Below, one piece after another: positions 11,221-23,900 of a stretch of 64,000 bases of DNA. The position numbers and the translations under genes were made by a program. The stretch comes from Sporopachydermia quercuum (taxonomy: Eukaryota). Where the stretch lies: NCBI GenBank assembly GCA_001599295.1, contig BCGN01000006.1:682001-746000 (forward strand). Direction: 5' to 3'. Under the pieces are notes generated by a model, which was not told the DNA's origin, made no database searches, and saw nothing but the letters and a program-made list of their open reading frames with translations. Position 1 is the stretch's first letter, and the number at the start of each line of letters is the position of its first letter.

Positions 11221-12894
11221 TCATCTTCTGAATCTCCTAAAGTTCTTTGGTTTGTTGATCTTCAGCTTTCTAAAGTTATTACTTACTAAATTATACTTAG
11301 GCAGTCTTCCTTTCCTTGCCTTTAATTTCACTTCATCCACGACTGCTGGCTGTAGAGAACAAGTTGTGCCGTTTTCATTATCAGCTTCACTACCTTGTGC
11401 TTCAATTGAGTCATTACCCTTGTCTTGCTCTTCATTAGCCTCGTCTACCACTGACATTGGCACAGGTTTCACTAGAGATATTAGTAACAGTCCAAGTTAT
11501 TTCCAACAGGGGCCCTTCTTCCATGCAACTTAAACTATACTTACTTCTATAACGACGCGTTGTTCGTTTCTGACCCTTCTTCTTCCATTTTCCTGTACTA
11601 GAAAACACGCTCTTTGATCCTTCAGTTGTTAATTCATCTCCTTTGTCATATCCCTCTTGCATATCAGCTTCTTCCTGCTCCATTGCCTCTATATCTCTTA
11701 AGACAGCTTCTTCATCGTCATACATATGGTCCTTAATTTCCTGAAGCTCGTTTAGCAAAACAGACAAGCCTCGTTTAATACGAAATCCCGCTAATGGAGA
11801 CGGTGATGTTGATATTGCTTTGATGCTAGGGTATTTCATATAAGCAGGAGTAGCATCAGTTTGGCTCTGATTGAAGGAACTTGTATTATCGTCACTATAA
11901 TCCTGTGATATCCGAAGCAGCTTGTTATTGATAGGGGTTGACTTGGGACTCGTTTTCACCGGCGATGAGGTTTTGCTTGGTGTTAAAAGGAAGCTTGGCT
12001 TGTATGTTTTCTGGTTCTTTTGTTTAGTAGGCGTTTGAAATATAACAGCTGTAGCGCTGTGTTTAGGAAGTGATACACTGATGGTATCAAGAGTATTATT
12101 GGGTGCACTATCGGTGTTCCTAACAGCATTAACAGAACTATCTAAAGTACCACGTATCCTTGGTTTTGTTGGTGTGACAGATGGCGATATAACTATATCA
12201 AACAATCCTAATGCTTTACCATACAATTGAGGTGTGGGACCTACTTCATTTATAGGTTCGTCATCAGATAAGTCAGAATAAGCCTGTGGAACACCTTGAG
12301 GGCTTGCTTGTATGCTAATTAAATCTTTTGATGGTTTTTCTGGTGAAATATGACAGTCATCTCTTCTTTTTTTACTTTGTTTGGTTGGTGTTGTGAAAGC
12401 AGACGATGGAAACATTGATGGTAATTCACTGAAAGACTCAGAAACTACCAAATCGATTTTCTCAGTATCAGCTTCTTTCTTATCCTGCTCCTCTTTTGCT
12501 GATCGTCTGCTATCTTTCTCAATTTTTTTATACTTTTCATCCGACTCCGTTTTCATTTGTTTGTAGGATTTATACATTTGAGCTTTGAAGGTGAGTTAGT
12601 ATGTTACAGGAGCAGTTCTAAATCTAAAGCTCATTCAGTACAGTCAAACAAGTGAACTGTGNATACTACAACTATCTCTTAGTTGTATAAAGCAAGTAAA
12701 ACTGATAATAAAAGAAAATACAATTCTACCTCAGGTGATTGAATATACTTACATATTTCATCATTCAGCTTGATATCAGACTTTTTTGGTTTTCTTTGAT
12801 GTTCTAACTCAAAGCTCTTTTCCCACAGTTTTATCTGCTTCTTCAAAAGATTCAANGCTTGGGAATTGTTGTTTTCTTTATCGCCTATATGCAT
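11221..12894 (-). CDS. SLD2: DNA replication regulator Sld2/Drc1; exons 12894-12753, 12582-11545, 11471-11221
   Basis: LKKQIKLWEKSFELEHQRKPKKSDIK N-domain, EVGPTPQLYGKALGLFD, many S/T-P-x-K CDK sites, spliced KKKGQKRTTRRYR|MKPV, C-terminal SNNFRKLKI; both donors GTAAGT. Confidence 0.9.
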
Positions 12895-14229
12895 GATGGA
12901 AAGAAAGAAATTACTACTGCTAACAATGAAGGAGGAGCACAAAAATGCCTGATGTATAGTTGTTGGAGAATGCGTACGACTTATTGATAGCGACAGTTCT
13001 CCTGCATGTCCATAATATTGGTGAGATCTCTGCTGTGTAAAGAAAGTGGAACTAGTTCAATTTATACGATCACCAAATCAGTTAATCAGTGAGTTTGCTG
13101 GAAGTAGTGTTTATGGTCGTGATATTTCCAGCTGACTGACTTGTAGGTCCTGTTGATATGATAACGCGCAGCCTGTTCTTCTGAAATGCAATTCGAATCA
13201 ATGCAATCTGTAAAATGATCAACTCACATAAACGGGATCAACATAAATAGATATTACGGTCTCTTGATGGTAGCAATGATAGTATAATATCAAAAGTAGC
13301 AGTATTATTTCGATTATACATTAACTTATCTANAGAGTAAACATAACTCATCTCAACCCTTTATAAATCGCATCGCGTAAATGAAGAATCCAGACACGAA
13401 TCGCTGTCCGGTCCCATTTTTTACTTTGCCGGACATTGTGTGGTTGGTAAACAATATCTCCAAAAGTGCAAAATATGAAAGCTGAAAACTCACAGAACAT
13501 TGCAAAATTACTGAACAATAATTTCAAACTAGGAGGTCCTAATGAGATGGATAAAGTTGGAAATTTCGAAATTAGTGTAAAAAAAGATTCAAACAAAACT
13601 ACAGAAACATGAGAATTCCCCAGCATAGGAAAGGCCTGACAGAAAACTGCAAATTATCTCAGGCGTGATGACCCAAAAATTGGAAGAAATACGAGACCCA
13701 AAACCAAAGCGGGGGTGGTTTGGTAGATGAAGTGAAATACCCCTTAGATTGAAATTTTCATTCATATTCATGTACTTGCCTTGCAATAGACTTATTTGAA
13801 GTGAGATATGATTATGTGTTTATGAGAGTTTTCATGAGTGTATAGTGAATGCATGGGAGGGTTTAGAATTGGTTTAGTAGAAGCATTTTGAATAGAATAC
13901 GGGAGGAACTTGTTCTCAGAAGGAAACTACATACCTCCACGGCACAAAAGCACTGTTNGAAGGATTAGCAAGATACTGAGGCGAATAAAGAAGAGATTTA
14001 TTAAACAAGTCTTTATCCTATAGTTTTTTGTTTTCAAGCAAGTAATCCTGAAGAAAGAATTTCCTGATAAACCCAAAACGAAACATTTAAAGCATTGCTA
14101 GTTGAATTCTCTGTACTAAAAGCTTGAAATCGCTTCCTGTTAGTATTACTTCTATTTCATTACAACCAAGTGCACTACACAGTTAATGTTTACATATTTC
14201 AGCTATTAAAGACTATCAAACAAGAAAAC

Positions 14230-16569
14230 ATGATTTTTCGGATGCAATTTTTAAAAGTAACACAGTCACAATATTTAGTTGCCGCGAGAAGGAATCTCTG
14301 CCAGAATGTTACAACGAGAGCCATTCCCTCTTGGAGTGCAAGATCCGTTGAAATCAACCACAATCAAACTAGATATTTCAGTACGAAGAATGATAGCATA
14401 ACTGGCATTGAAGGTGAGTCAACGGGGGAAGCAATTGACAAAGCTACTGANAATAGTACAACCGTTTCGAATGCCACAGAAGATATAAAAGCTGTTTCAA
14501 CATCGGCAGAAACGGCTAAAGAGACAAATGCTTCAACNGAACCTGAATCAATGCCGTGGTACCTTCGTAGCTCTAAGCCATTAGTACCTACTCAGACTTC
14601 CGCCTCAGACCTGATCCAGCTGCCAAATGATGCACCCCAATCCCTTCATCGTATTGTTCAACACATGAACGACGAACTAGGTCTAAGCGACTTGACATTG
14701 ATCGACACTAGAACAAATACAGATAAATCATCTCCGGCAGGCCACTTTGAATTCATTATTCTCTCCACTGGAAAATCTGAGAATCACATTAGTAAAGCAG
14801 CCGAGTTGTTGAAATTATTCATTAAGCATGACCTTCAATCGTTGCCATCTATTGAAGGACTCGTCAAAGGTAAACAGCTATCCTTGAGAAGAAAGAGATT
14901 AAAGAAGAAGGTATTAAGAGCAAGTTATCGAGCAAGTGCACGTGCTATGGAGTTGGATAATCTGGCAATCAATAATTGGGTTCTTGTTGATACTAAGATT
15001 GACGGTATAGTAGTTCATATAATGAAGAGTGATAAGCGTGAGGAGTTGGATTTGGAATATATGTTTGCCAGTGAAGAAGAAAAAGCTGAGATAACTAGAG
15101 AGAGAGAGAACAGTGCTCGTGAAAGGGAACAAGAATCAAGATTAGAGAGAGAGCAGGAAAGAGAAAGAGTGTTGATAATCGATGCAGATGTAANAGAAGA
15201 GGTTGCCAAAGATACTACAGCTTCAGAAGACACTCCAGAGCATGATACCTCAACTGAGCCAAAATCCAATTTGTTCAACCCNTTGGGATCTACCACCTCA
15301 GTTAGAGAGTATCATATAAGTGTGAAAGGAATCAAAGCGCTAACAGGAATAGTGCCAACGAGCTTTATGAATAGAAGTAGGGGTATCAATAGAGTTGCCA
15401 TAAACAACGACTCTAATAATGAGCCAATTGTTCCACCATCTAGTGAAAGGGACACCAATATTGGTGAGCTCAACGATCTATGTGAAAAAGGCGAATACAA
15501 AGATCTTATCAAGCTTATTGGTGACTCTAAAAAGGAGATGGATACAACTGAATTGATATTGAAGGCTCATATCAATCATCTTCTTCATAACCTACCTTTG
15601 TCACCAGATTCTGAGCTCTTGCCTCAACGCTATGGAGAAGAAACGCTTTTCACAACATCCTTCATATCCGAACTTCCTACACACCCAACAGTCAACCACT
15701 GGAGATTGAAGTATATTTTTTATGAAACCGTTCATTTAGCAAATCCAGTTGCTTTTCCCTTAGAAACTCTATTGAATCTACTGATTACCCGTCAAGCTTT
15801 TGGCGAGCCAATCGAAGTCTGCGATGTTGAACGTTTTATGAATTTGATTCAAACATCTAAGCAATTTAACGATACTAGCATCAGGGAAATTCCTCATAAG
15901 AAGCTTGAAATAGTTAAAAATTTGATCGAACTAATTGTGAAACCTCAAAATGACTTGTTTAGTATATGGAATAATGCATCATTTATTGATTCCATTGTGC
16001 GTATTGGTTGTTATAGTCGTAATGGTCGTTTCATGACTGTGGACGACGTGATAGCCAACAACCTACCAGATTTCACTGTTGAGGGTAAGCCAGTCACTGT
16101 TGTTGGTTGTGAGATGATCGCTGAAGTTAGTAGAGTACTAGAGAATGTCATTCGCGTCGAGAATAAGAGGAGCGAAGCTATGAATCTTGAGGAGTTGAAC
16201 AACCTTGTGAGAATATGTGAATCAGGTTTAAGTGCCTATGGTAACTGTTTGAACTGGACGAAATTCGACTTGTGGTTGAAAAGATCTGGGGAGCATATTT
16301 CGGTCATCTGCAACTCTCCTGCTGAACCATTACTAAGGTTATGGACAGTTGCTACGAGCTTTGTTGCCCGAAGCGGTGATCGTGAAGCTTGTGAAGATTT
16401 CTTGGGATCGCCTACTGAGGACTTGTTCAATATCTTGAAAATAGAAGGGCCAGAGAATTTGGCCGATTACGAGCAACAGTTAAACATATATAAATCCAGC
16501 CTGAAATCGGTTATGAAAGTTGCCAATGTATCAGATCAAAGAATCCAGAAGTTTATAGATAGTGCTTAG
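14230..16569 (+). CDS. ATP25: Mitochondrial Atp25 (RsfS-like N-domain plus mRNA-stabilisation C-domain)
   Basis: Presequence-like N-terminus, PWYLR, ELGLSDLTLID, STGKSENHISKAA, IEGL, WVLVDTKIDGIVVHIM..KREELDLE; start ATG approximate. Confidence 0.85.
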   Translation: MIFRMQFLKVTQSQYLVAARRNLCQNVTTRAIPSWSARSVEINHNQTRYFSTKNDSITGIEGESTGEAIDKATXNSTTVSNATEDIKAVSTSAETAKETNASXEPESMPWYLRSSKPLVPTQTSASDLIQLPNDAPQSLHRIVQHMNDELGLSDLTLIDTRTNTDKSSPAGHFEFIILSTGKSENHISKAAELLKLFIKHDLQSLPSIEGLVKGKQLSLRRKRLKKKVLRASYRASARAMELDNLAINNWVLVDTKIDGIVVHIMKSDKREELDLEYMFASEEEKAEITRERENSAREREQESRLEREQERERVLIIDADVXEEVAKDTTASEDTPEHDTSTEPKSNLFNXLGSTTSVREYHISVKGIKALTGIVPTSFMNRSRGINRVAINNDSNNEPIVPPSSERDTNIGELNDLCEKGEYKDLIKLIGDSKKEMDTTELILKAHINHLLHNLPLSPDSELLPQRYGEETLFTTSFISELPTHPTVNHWRLKYIFYETVHLANPVAFPLETLLNLLITRQAFGEPIEVCDVERFMNLIQTSKQFNDTSIREIPHKKLEIVKNLIELIVKPQNDLFSIWNNASFIDSIVRIGCYSRNGRFMTVDDVIANNLPDFTVEGKPVTVVGCEMIAEVSRVLENVIRVENKRSEAMNLEELNNLVRICESGLSAYGNCLNWTKFDLWLKRSGEHISVICNSPAEPLLRLWTVATSFVARSGDREACEDFLGSPTEDLFNILKIEGPENLADYEQQLNIYKSSLKSVMKVANVSDQRIQKFIDSA

Positions 16570-16849
16570 GATTATTATATGCAATTAGCTTTTGGTGGAC
16601 AAGTCAGGTAAGTAAGCCATCACCTATGATGGAAACGTATTATTCATACTTAGATTTGACTGCTCATTGTCATAAGGCGACAAGGACAACTACGATAGGA
16701 TTCTCTCAGTTAATGAGCTATCATTTATTGGTTACTCTCTTCTTGTATTAGAGCTAAAACCTTCAGATTCCATGATCTCCTCCTCTATCTATAGATTTTC
16801 CTCTTCTGATCTCAAGAATCATCACACCAATTGCCAAACTTCCACATAC

Positions 16850-17560
16850 CTTAGCTACATAGCCTCTTCTTCTTTCTTTTTCTACCTTCTATTGTGGTTT
16901 CCTTTTCTATCTTGTATATAATTTCGTATAAATTCATTCTAATTCTGTAACTGGCTATAGTAGATTGTAATGAAAAAAAGGAAGTATGATTTCTCAGAGG
17001 TTCTTCCATTATCTCAGCTAATGTCTGTATCTTTAGACATTTCTCGAGTCTACCGTGGTCGTCGCATTGAGTTAAATACCCGATGGAAGGAGTATCAGCA
17101 TACCATTTTCGATCAATCATTACACTGGTTTTAAACTTTCGCAATTTGTAAATTTCAAGAATTAAGCAGGAAATAAGAAACTGTATAGGAACGAACATGT
17201 TCTTCCTTCAAATGCCAGTACATCGGATGATTATATGATTATTGAACAAATAATTAAGAATCGAAATTGTCAAGAACGTTCAAAAAAGCAAGGTCTCTTC
17301 TATTTTCCACTTTTTTGTTGATGTAATTTAAACTCCAATCTATTAATCTTTGATCTCTAATTTTCAAGGGTCTTCCCTATTGCTTTGCGCTTTTAGATGA
17401 AATAAAAAATGATGACTGATCAATTATTCGTTGTTAATTGTAATAATAGTGAAATGCCCTCATTGATATTGTATGTAGAAATACTGAATATAAAGTTGAA
17501 GTATTAATAAGTCTATTAGTTTTTGTACAAATGTTGAATGCATGGAAAACGAACTGGGCA
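16850..17560 (-). mobile_element. Decayed Mutator-like (MULE) transposase relic with stops and frameshifts
   Basis: Ordered minus-strand fragments STYNIN (17479-17462), RDLAFLNVLD (17298-17269) and IIRC-x-WHLK across a 1-nt frameshift (17231-17206); spacing resembles the MULE DDE core. Confidence 0.5.
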
Positions 17561-18025
17561 TTCACCAATTTGGCTGACCGTACTACTATCAAGTCTTAGA
17601 AGACAACAAGTATCCTATTTTTTCTCCAAAAAAGCTTTCTCAGACCGATGATTGTTTCGTTTGAATTCGGTATCTCTATTGAGGGAGATCCTCTTTCCTT
17701 CCCTTTATCTTTCTCTAACTACTGTCCAATGACGACNACAATAATGTCAAGTTTTTATGTTTTGAGATTTTGTTTTCTGTGATTTCGCCTGGAAAGAAAT
17801 AGAAAAAAAATTCTTCGGCATCCCACATCTGTCGTTCAATTCTTACTCCCGTACTCGCTGTTCACTTCTGATAGACCAAATGCCATTGTTTTAGAACAAT
17901 CTATTCAATGATATCTAAATCAGTTCCTCATTTAATACTNCGAATGGTATCGGCTTTTATGTCTCCAGCCAAACCAGCTTCTATATCATCGTTCCTTTGC
18001 TTTCTTGTTTCTGACTCTCCATCTG

Positions 18026-18895
18026 TCATTGTCCCTCTAAGTTTTTATTAAGATAATCGACAAAGATGCTGACTATCCTATCACTATCTAACGTTCTCAT
18101 TTTATTTAATGCAATGAAGCTTCGTCTCATCCTTTGCAATTGAGGTAAAGATACATGGCTCACAGGTAAATCGACAATCAGCCCTTCTTTACTATCAATC
18201 ACAACACTACTAATACCAGGATTCTGCTTCTGTTCACTAAGCACCTTGCTAATTACTTCTTGAGTCTTCTTGTCCAGATCATAGAGAAAATTGGAACTAG
18301 TAGCTTTTTTGATCACTGTTGCCTGATTTGGAGGTTTGGGCTTCTTGTTGATCAGTGTATCATATAATTGGCTGAACACTGTCTGCTCTATCTTTTCAAT
18401 GTCGTTATCATCAGGAGCAATAGTGAAAAGAGGAGAATCCCATCTGTTTTGACCATTTGGTTCTTCATAACGGAAAATCAGTTGATCCATCAAATCCTCA
18501 GGCCAAGGATCGCTTTTCTGTTTGTTCCACAATTTACATTGCTCCACCGGGGCAATTACTTCGACCACACATGAATTGGTCATAAGAGATTTTGCCTCGC
18601 AAAACAACTGATAACGATATCCTTTGATATAGCATAAGTTATCAAGAATAACGATGTTGCTTTGGCTCAGTTCCCTGGTTGTAGCGGTCATTTGCTGGCC
18701 TCTGATGGCCTTTTCTGTTTTTGATTCATAGTAAGAGGATTTGGGTATTTGTAAAGACTCATCATTGATGAGCGTAACTTTCAGTTTGTTTTCTTGATTT
18801 TCAGCATTGATTCTCTTATTGAGATATTCTTGTAGTTGTAGTGCCCTATGAGTCTTTCCCGAGCTTGGAAAGCCTGTGAATACTATCAAAGGCAT
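18026..18895 (-). CDS. KTI12: Elongator-associated Kti12
   Basis: MPLIVFTGFPSSGKT P-loop, YIKGYRYQLFCEAK, FRYEEPNGQNRWDSPLF, LPQLQRMRRSFI. Confidence 0.95.
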   Translation of the reverse strand: MPLIVFTGFPSSGKTHRALQLQEYLNKRINAENQENKLKVTLINDESLQIPKSSYYESKTEKAIRGQQMTATTRELSQSNIVILDNLCYIKGYRYQLFCEAKSLMTNSCVVEVIAPVEQCKLWNKQKSDPWPEDLMDQLIFRYEEPNGQNRWDSPLFTIAPDDNDIEKIEQTVFSQLYDTLINKKPKPPNQATVIKKATSSNFLYDLDKKTQEVISKVLSEQKQNPGISSVVIDSKEGLIVDLPVSHVSLPQLQRMRRSFIALNKMRTLDSDRIVSIFVDYLNKNLEGQ

Positions 18896-19697
18896 CGTAT
18901 GGAGGAAAGTGGTTAGAGTAAAGATGCGATGATGGCTGTTGCAATTCTGCTACAATCTACCTAATCCTGACTCACTGATGAGACAATAACATCGATAACA
19001 AGTAAAAAGTTCAGTTCAAACTTTGNTTTCAACAGTTCTAGCGGAAAATGGTAAAATGTCTCCTGTATCCAGTAATCAACTGGCTAGGTAAGTTTCAAAA
19101 CCTTTTTCAATTAATGGGAGTTCAAGCTGCAAGTGAGATATCCCAGACAACATCAAATGCATGTATTCAAGTAAATAGAGTTGAAAACATATATCCCTAC
19201 TATTTCTCCTAATCTTCTACCGCCGCTCAATGGATAAGCATATCAGACACAACAATAAATGATAACATCAACGAAATCTGCTTTATAAATTCTATATAAA
19301 ATATCTTTTCTTTCATGTTGATAGGTATTGAGTTAATAAAGCTCCCCTCTCAAATGAGACATATACTTCCAATGAATTACGGAAATGATTTTCTCCACCA
19401 TTGACGGAAATAACAAACGAGATTTCTTGGTCTCCGTTTTCCACATTAACATTTCCGTCTCAATTCACCTCATATTTCTTTTCACTTGCTTCCTTATAGA
19501 AGCGATAAACATTGACAGTACAAAATTTTCTATATATACTATATATATACTCTCTATTAACACTACTCAATGATCTATTGTTGATATGACTTCTTTCTTC
19601 ACTTAANCATCAAACTAATACACTTTTGGCCAACGAATCAAAAGCAATTTTGAAATTAACCCAGAATTTTCAGGCTAGTACTGTTGTGATACTGAAA

Positions 19698-20945
19698 ATG
19701 ATTGTTTGTAAGGCATCTTANCAGTACCAGCAGNTGTATCAGCATGGGCAAAGGACGCTAAATTGCTTTGTAAAAGTTGGGATTGCTTCAACACAGTTCA
19801 AGCGTTCTTTTGTTCTGAGGAACAAGAAAAGGACTTTTAATGTGCCAACCTTGAAACCTGGTGAAATGACATTAACCGCCACTAAAGAGGCTGTCAAGAA
19901 TTTTATACCAAGGGAGACATTCCCTCCATACAGAGTGACGATGTCTGAATATAAAAAACATCAAGTTTCAGCCATGTTGAGATTGATGGGTATGATAGGT
20001 TATATAGACGTTGTTTTGGATGTCAGAGATGCGCGTATCCCTGTGTCAGGACGCAACTTATTGTTAGATAAGTTATTGATAGGAAAGAGAAAGCTTATAA
20101 TTTACACTAAGAAAGATGTAAGTACTTTAACGTCAGCGGATTTGAAACGTTGGCATGGACCAGACAGTGAAGGAAAGAAGTTTTTACTAATTGATACTGG
20201 AGATCAATCGGATGTTATGAAAGTTTTAGATGCTTTGAAGGAAATACACGCGGAAATGTACCCCCCTCCACCATTGGGACTGAGAGTTTTGATCATGGGA
20301 ATCCCTAATGCTGGTAAGAGTACATTACTGAATGAATTGAGAACAATAGGGTTAATCAACCAGACTATACAGCCAATTACAAAAAAGGTAGCTAGAACTG
20401 GTAATTTGCCAGGAATTACGAGGGTCACATCTGAAGTTATCAAAGTTTCCAAATCTCCAGATATCTACATCAACGATACTCCTGGTGTATCCTTACCCTT
20501 GGCACCGGACGAAGAAACAATGATCAAACTAGCAATTGTTGGTGCAGTGAACCGAACGATGGTTCACTATACTACTCAAGCTGACTACTTGTTGTTTCAC
20601 CTCAATAGATTATACGGAAATCATCGTGCTTATAAGAAATATATGAACAGACCAACCAATAACATCGACGAATTTTTGAGATATTTAGCTGATAGAAGAC
20701 AGACTAGAAGTCGTTTGAAGAAACCAGATGCGGCACAAAATGTTATTGCTGCGCATTGGTGGGTTGATCGATGGAGAAGAGGTAAAGAATTCAAACTTTG
20801 TCTTGATGATACTGGTATGTCTTATGACGAGTATGCCAGATTAGAAAAGGAAGAGTATGAAAGATGTATGGATCTGAGGCGAACTTTGAACCTTGACCCT
20901 AAGACTATAATCAAAGGAAATAAACCTTTCAGTTTAAACCTTTAA
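19698..20945 (+). CDS. MTG1: Mitochondrial ribosome-assembly GTPase (RbgA/YlqF-type circularly permuted)
   Basis: DVRDARIPVSGRN, TKKD (G4), GIPNAGKSTLLN (G1), PGITR (G2), DTPGV (G3); start taken at first in-frame ATG. Confidence 0.9.
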   Translation: MIVCKASXQYQQXYQHGQRTLNCFVKVGIASTQFKRSFVLRNKKRTFNVPTLKPGEMTLTATKEAVKNFIPRETFPPYRVTMSEYKKHQVSAMLRLMGMIGYIDVVLDVRDARIPVSGRNLLLDKLLIGKRKLIIYTKKDVSTLTSADLKRWHGPDSEGKKFLLIDTGDQSDVMKVLDALKEIHAEMYPPPPLGLRVLIMGIPNAGKSTLLNELRTIGLINQTIQPITKKVARTGNLPGITRVTSEVIKVSKSPDIYINDTPGVSLPLAPDEETMIKLAIVGAVNRTMVHYTTQADYLLFHLNRLYGNHRAYKKYMNRPTNNIDEFLRYLADRRQTRSRLKKPDAAQNVIAAHWWVDRWRRGKEFKLCLDDTGMSYDEYARLEKEEYERCMDLRRTLNLDPKTIIKGNKPFSLNL

Positions 20946-23900
20946 AAAGAGTATCGACCGGTACTGGTCTCTCTTTTCATCCTGTAAATACTTATTGATA
21001 GAGTGACTTATTTGATTGAGTTACTCAACATGAAATACATTTTTGATTATATAATCAACAATTTTAGTAAATAAATGATTAGCTGATACATTTATTTGTT
21101 TATCAATTAGAAGATCTGAACACTCTTCCAAACTTGATGAACGCTTAATTTACCAAGGTTGCAGTAACTTGCATCAACTATAAACCCTATTCAACTTGAA
21201 AAGCGGTCTCGGACATTCCGGATGACTGGATATATAAGTACAATGAGCGGTCTCGAAACAATATTGGAAAAAAAGANACCACTTGTGACCGACTACTTTT
21301 TCACTAATGGTTAGGTTGTGAGGAGGAATTTAGTGTAGAAAGTTCCATTCATGCTTAGATAGACTTCACCTTTTTTTCTATGCAAAACGGATGGATCTTC
21401 GAAAATCAAGGTCTCTGGTTGCAGTACGATAAGTAGCAAACAATGTCTTAAAGTTTCACTAAAATTGCTAATGGAGATATGATTACCAATGTCATGATCC
21501 TCCAATGTTATGTTTATTTCTATATTTGCTTTGCATAAGAGCGAAGCAATAGTAAAATTTGATGGAAAACTTTTGACACTCAAACTTTGCTCGAGGACGC
21601 CTAAACTTGAAATGGATGCGAAATTTTTACATTAACACGAAGTCTTGTACTGAAGTATTCAAAAAAGCAAATTGCTATTTATTTGTATTGATCGATAAAA
21701 AAGAATGAGTATATGGGTATCGAATTATTAACTATTTGACCGTTGTCTTCATTGTATGGATTGTCTTTGCATAGGAAAGATCCACAAAGTATTGCATATG
21801 ATATTTAACTATTCCGTTAACTCAAATTCTTTTAGATTTTGTTTTGGTCTGTGTGAAGCTTTGATGTAGTAGCTTACCGCTGATGCGCACTTCAAGCTTT
21901 TCTCCTCCTAAAAGTCTGATCTGATCCACTAAACCTGGGGAAACCGGATTATACCTTTTGATATCTCCCAAACTTGACCTCCTTGAAGCCAAGTAAGGCA
22001 GGAAAACCTCTTGGTAATGATAGAAAAATTGTTGATAGAGTTGTAATAATGGTTAATCCAAGTTGACGTGTCAGACTGTGCATTCTCCTCATTTGATCTT
22101 CATAATGTATAAGTATTACTTATCAAACCAGATATATTTTGATTCCATATGAGCATTTCTCAAGTAAAATAATCCAGCAAATGATACTCCGAGTTTTCCT
22201 GCTTACGCGACTGAATATACCTAATAAGAAACAATTCTCTTGTTAGATTAACGTAAACTCTAAATGAATAGAAGCAATTTTGGTATTAGGTTTTAGTTAA
22301 AATGGAAGTTGAAAAACGTTATATACAGAAGGGAATGAACCTGCATATCATCACATAAGTCAACAAGGGGTGAGGGAAAATGTGACCAATCGAGGATGAC
22401 TAGGCAAAGAGTATATAAGGACTATTTGTCTATTAGAGTAAATAACATGAACGTAACCTAACCTATGAAACAACTCGTTTTAATTCTGAATCAAAAAGAA
22501 GATTAAGGTGAATTGATTTGAATATAAGTTAATNTCAATTTAATGCTACCAAACGACGCATATACTTGAATCAAAAACTCTACTCTAGTTTCTCTGGGCA
22601 GAGAGAAACCATAATCATAGGAAGAAAAGTCTCATGCAACCCTATGCACTGACTCGTCCGTATAGCTTACCCATTTCGTTCACATTTACAGCTAAAAACC
22701 TCTCAAAATCACATTTTATCAAGCATTACCTCTCAGTATATTCTTTTTATACTGTCTTATGACAATGAGTTGTATATTCATAACGATCGCCTTTCAAGAG
22801 GTGTATACTGTTAGACTATTTTTGTTTCTTCCTCGACATAGATAAGATTTATTGTCATGTATCCTTAGAAATAGAAATGCAATGAACTAGTGGTAAAATA
22901 TGTAAAATAGCAAAACGAAAGTGATAATGTAGTCAGATTTACCTTGATACAGAGACCCAATTGACATCACACTCTTTCAATGTCAATTGTTTGTCAGTTA
23001 TTTTTGGTTCAGCACCTTATCTAAATTCTTTAATAGCTCTTGATAATAAGAGTTTTATCAATGAATAGGTGAAATATAGTATTTACTCGTGACATATAGT
23101 TAGTTACCTGGTGAAGAAATAGTGAGTGAATTATTAGTTCCCGAGTTCCGCTTCCGTAGCAGATGGTATAGATAAAGAAGTTTCCACGACGTAATTAGCC
23201 AGTTGTATCTCATGCCGTACAGCAGATAAATACTATTAAGCTTGGAGTGCCATTTATATAGAAGATTAAAAGATTCTAAGAATGGTAATTGTACTGGAAC
23301 CTATATATCAATAAAACTGCCATAGTGCAGAATTTAGTGGCGTTATTATTGAACTGTTAGTTAGAACAATTCGGTGCTAACAACCGCTTACCGAAATGAG
23401 CCATCATAATACGATGACAATACATTGTTTGTATTGTGGATGAAAGTTACCAAAAAGCAAAGCATTATGTTTGAGTATGTGGACTATTGTAAAGGATTGA
23501 GTTGTGCAACTTAAGATAATTGAGGAACGAGAAATACGTAACGTGTTTCTTTGTTTATGTCAGTCAATAGTTTATTTGATGTAAGCCTTTCCTAATCAAT
23601 TCTTGAGGAAAAGGCCCATTAAATCTACTACGATGATCATAATGATCAAATAAGTAATTAAATGAAATAGAACTGTATCTCTCCCTCTTCAAATAGAAGT
23701 TCCATTATAGAACCGTCAGTTTCGTTCAACCATAGTTGGTGCATCAAACAGCCAGAATCTGCTCCTCTTTCCACAACCAGACAATAACTATTATCTGAAT
23801 ATAATCGCTTCCTAAACGTTGAAAGTTACTGTACGTTTTTCTGTTACAACCATTACCAATCGATCAATCAATCAGTCAATCGTTCCGTACTTCTCTCAAT

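Noticed and set aside
21311..22050. Minus-strand open stretches (90-aa ORF and an about 80-codon frame with no ATG)
   Set aside because: No recognisable motifs; could be a decayed gene but this cannot be supported without a search.
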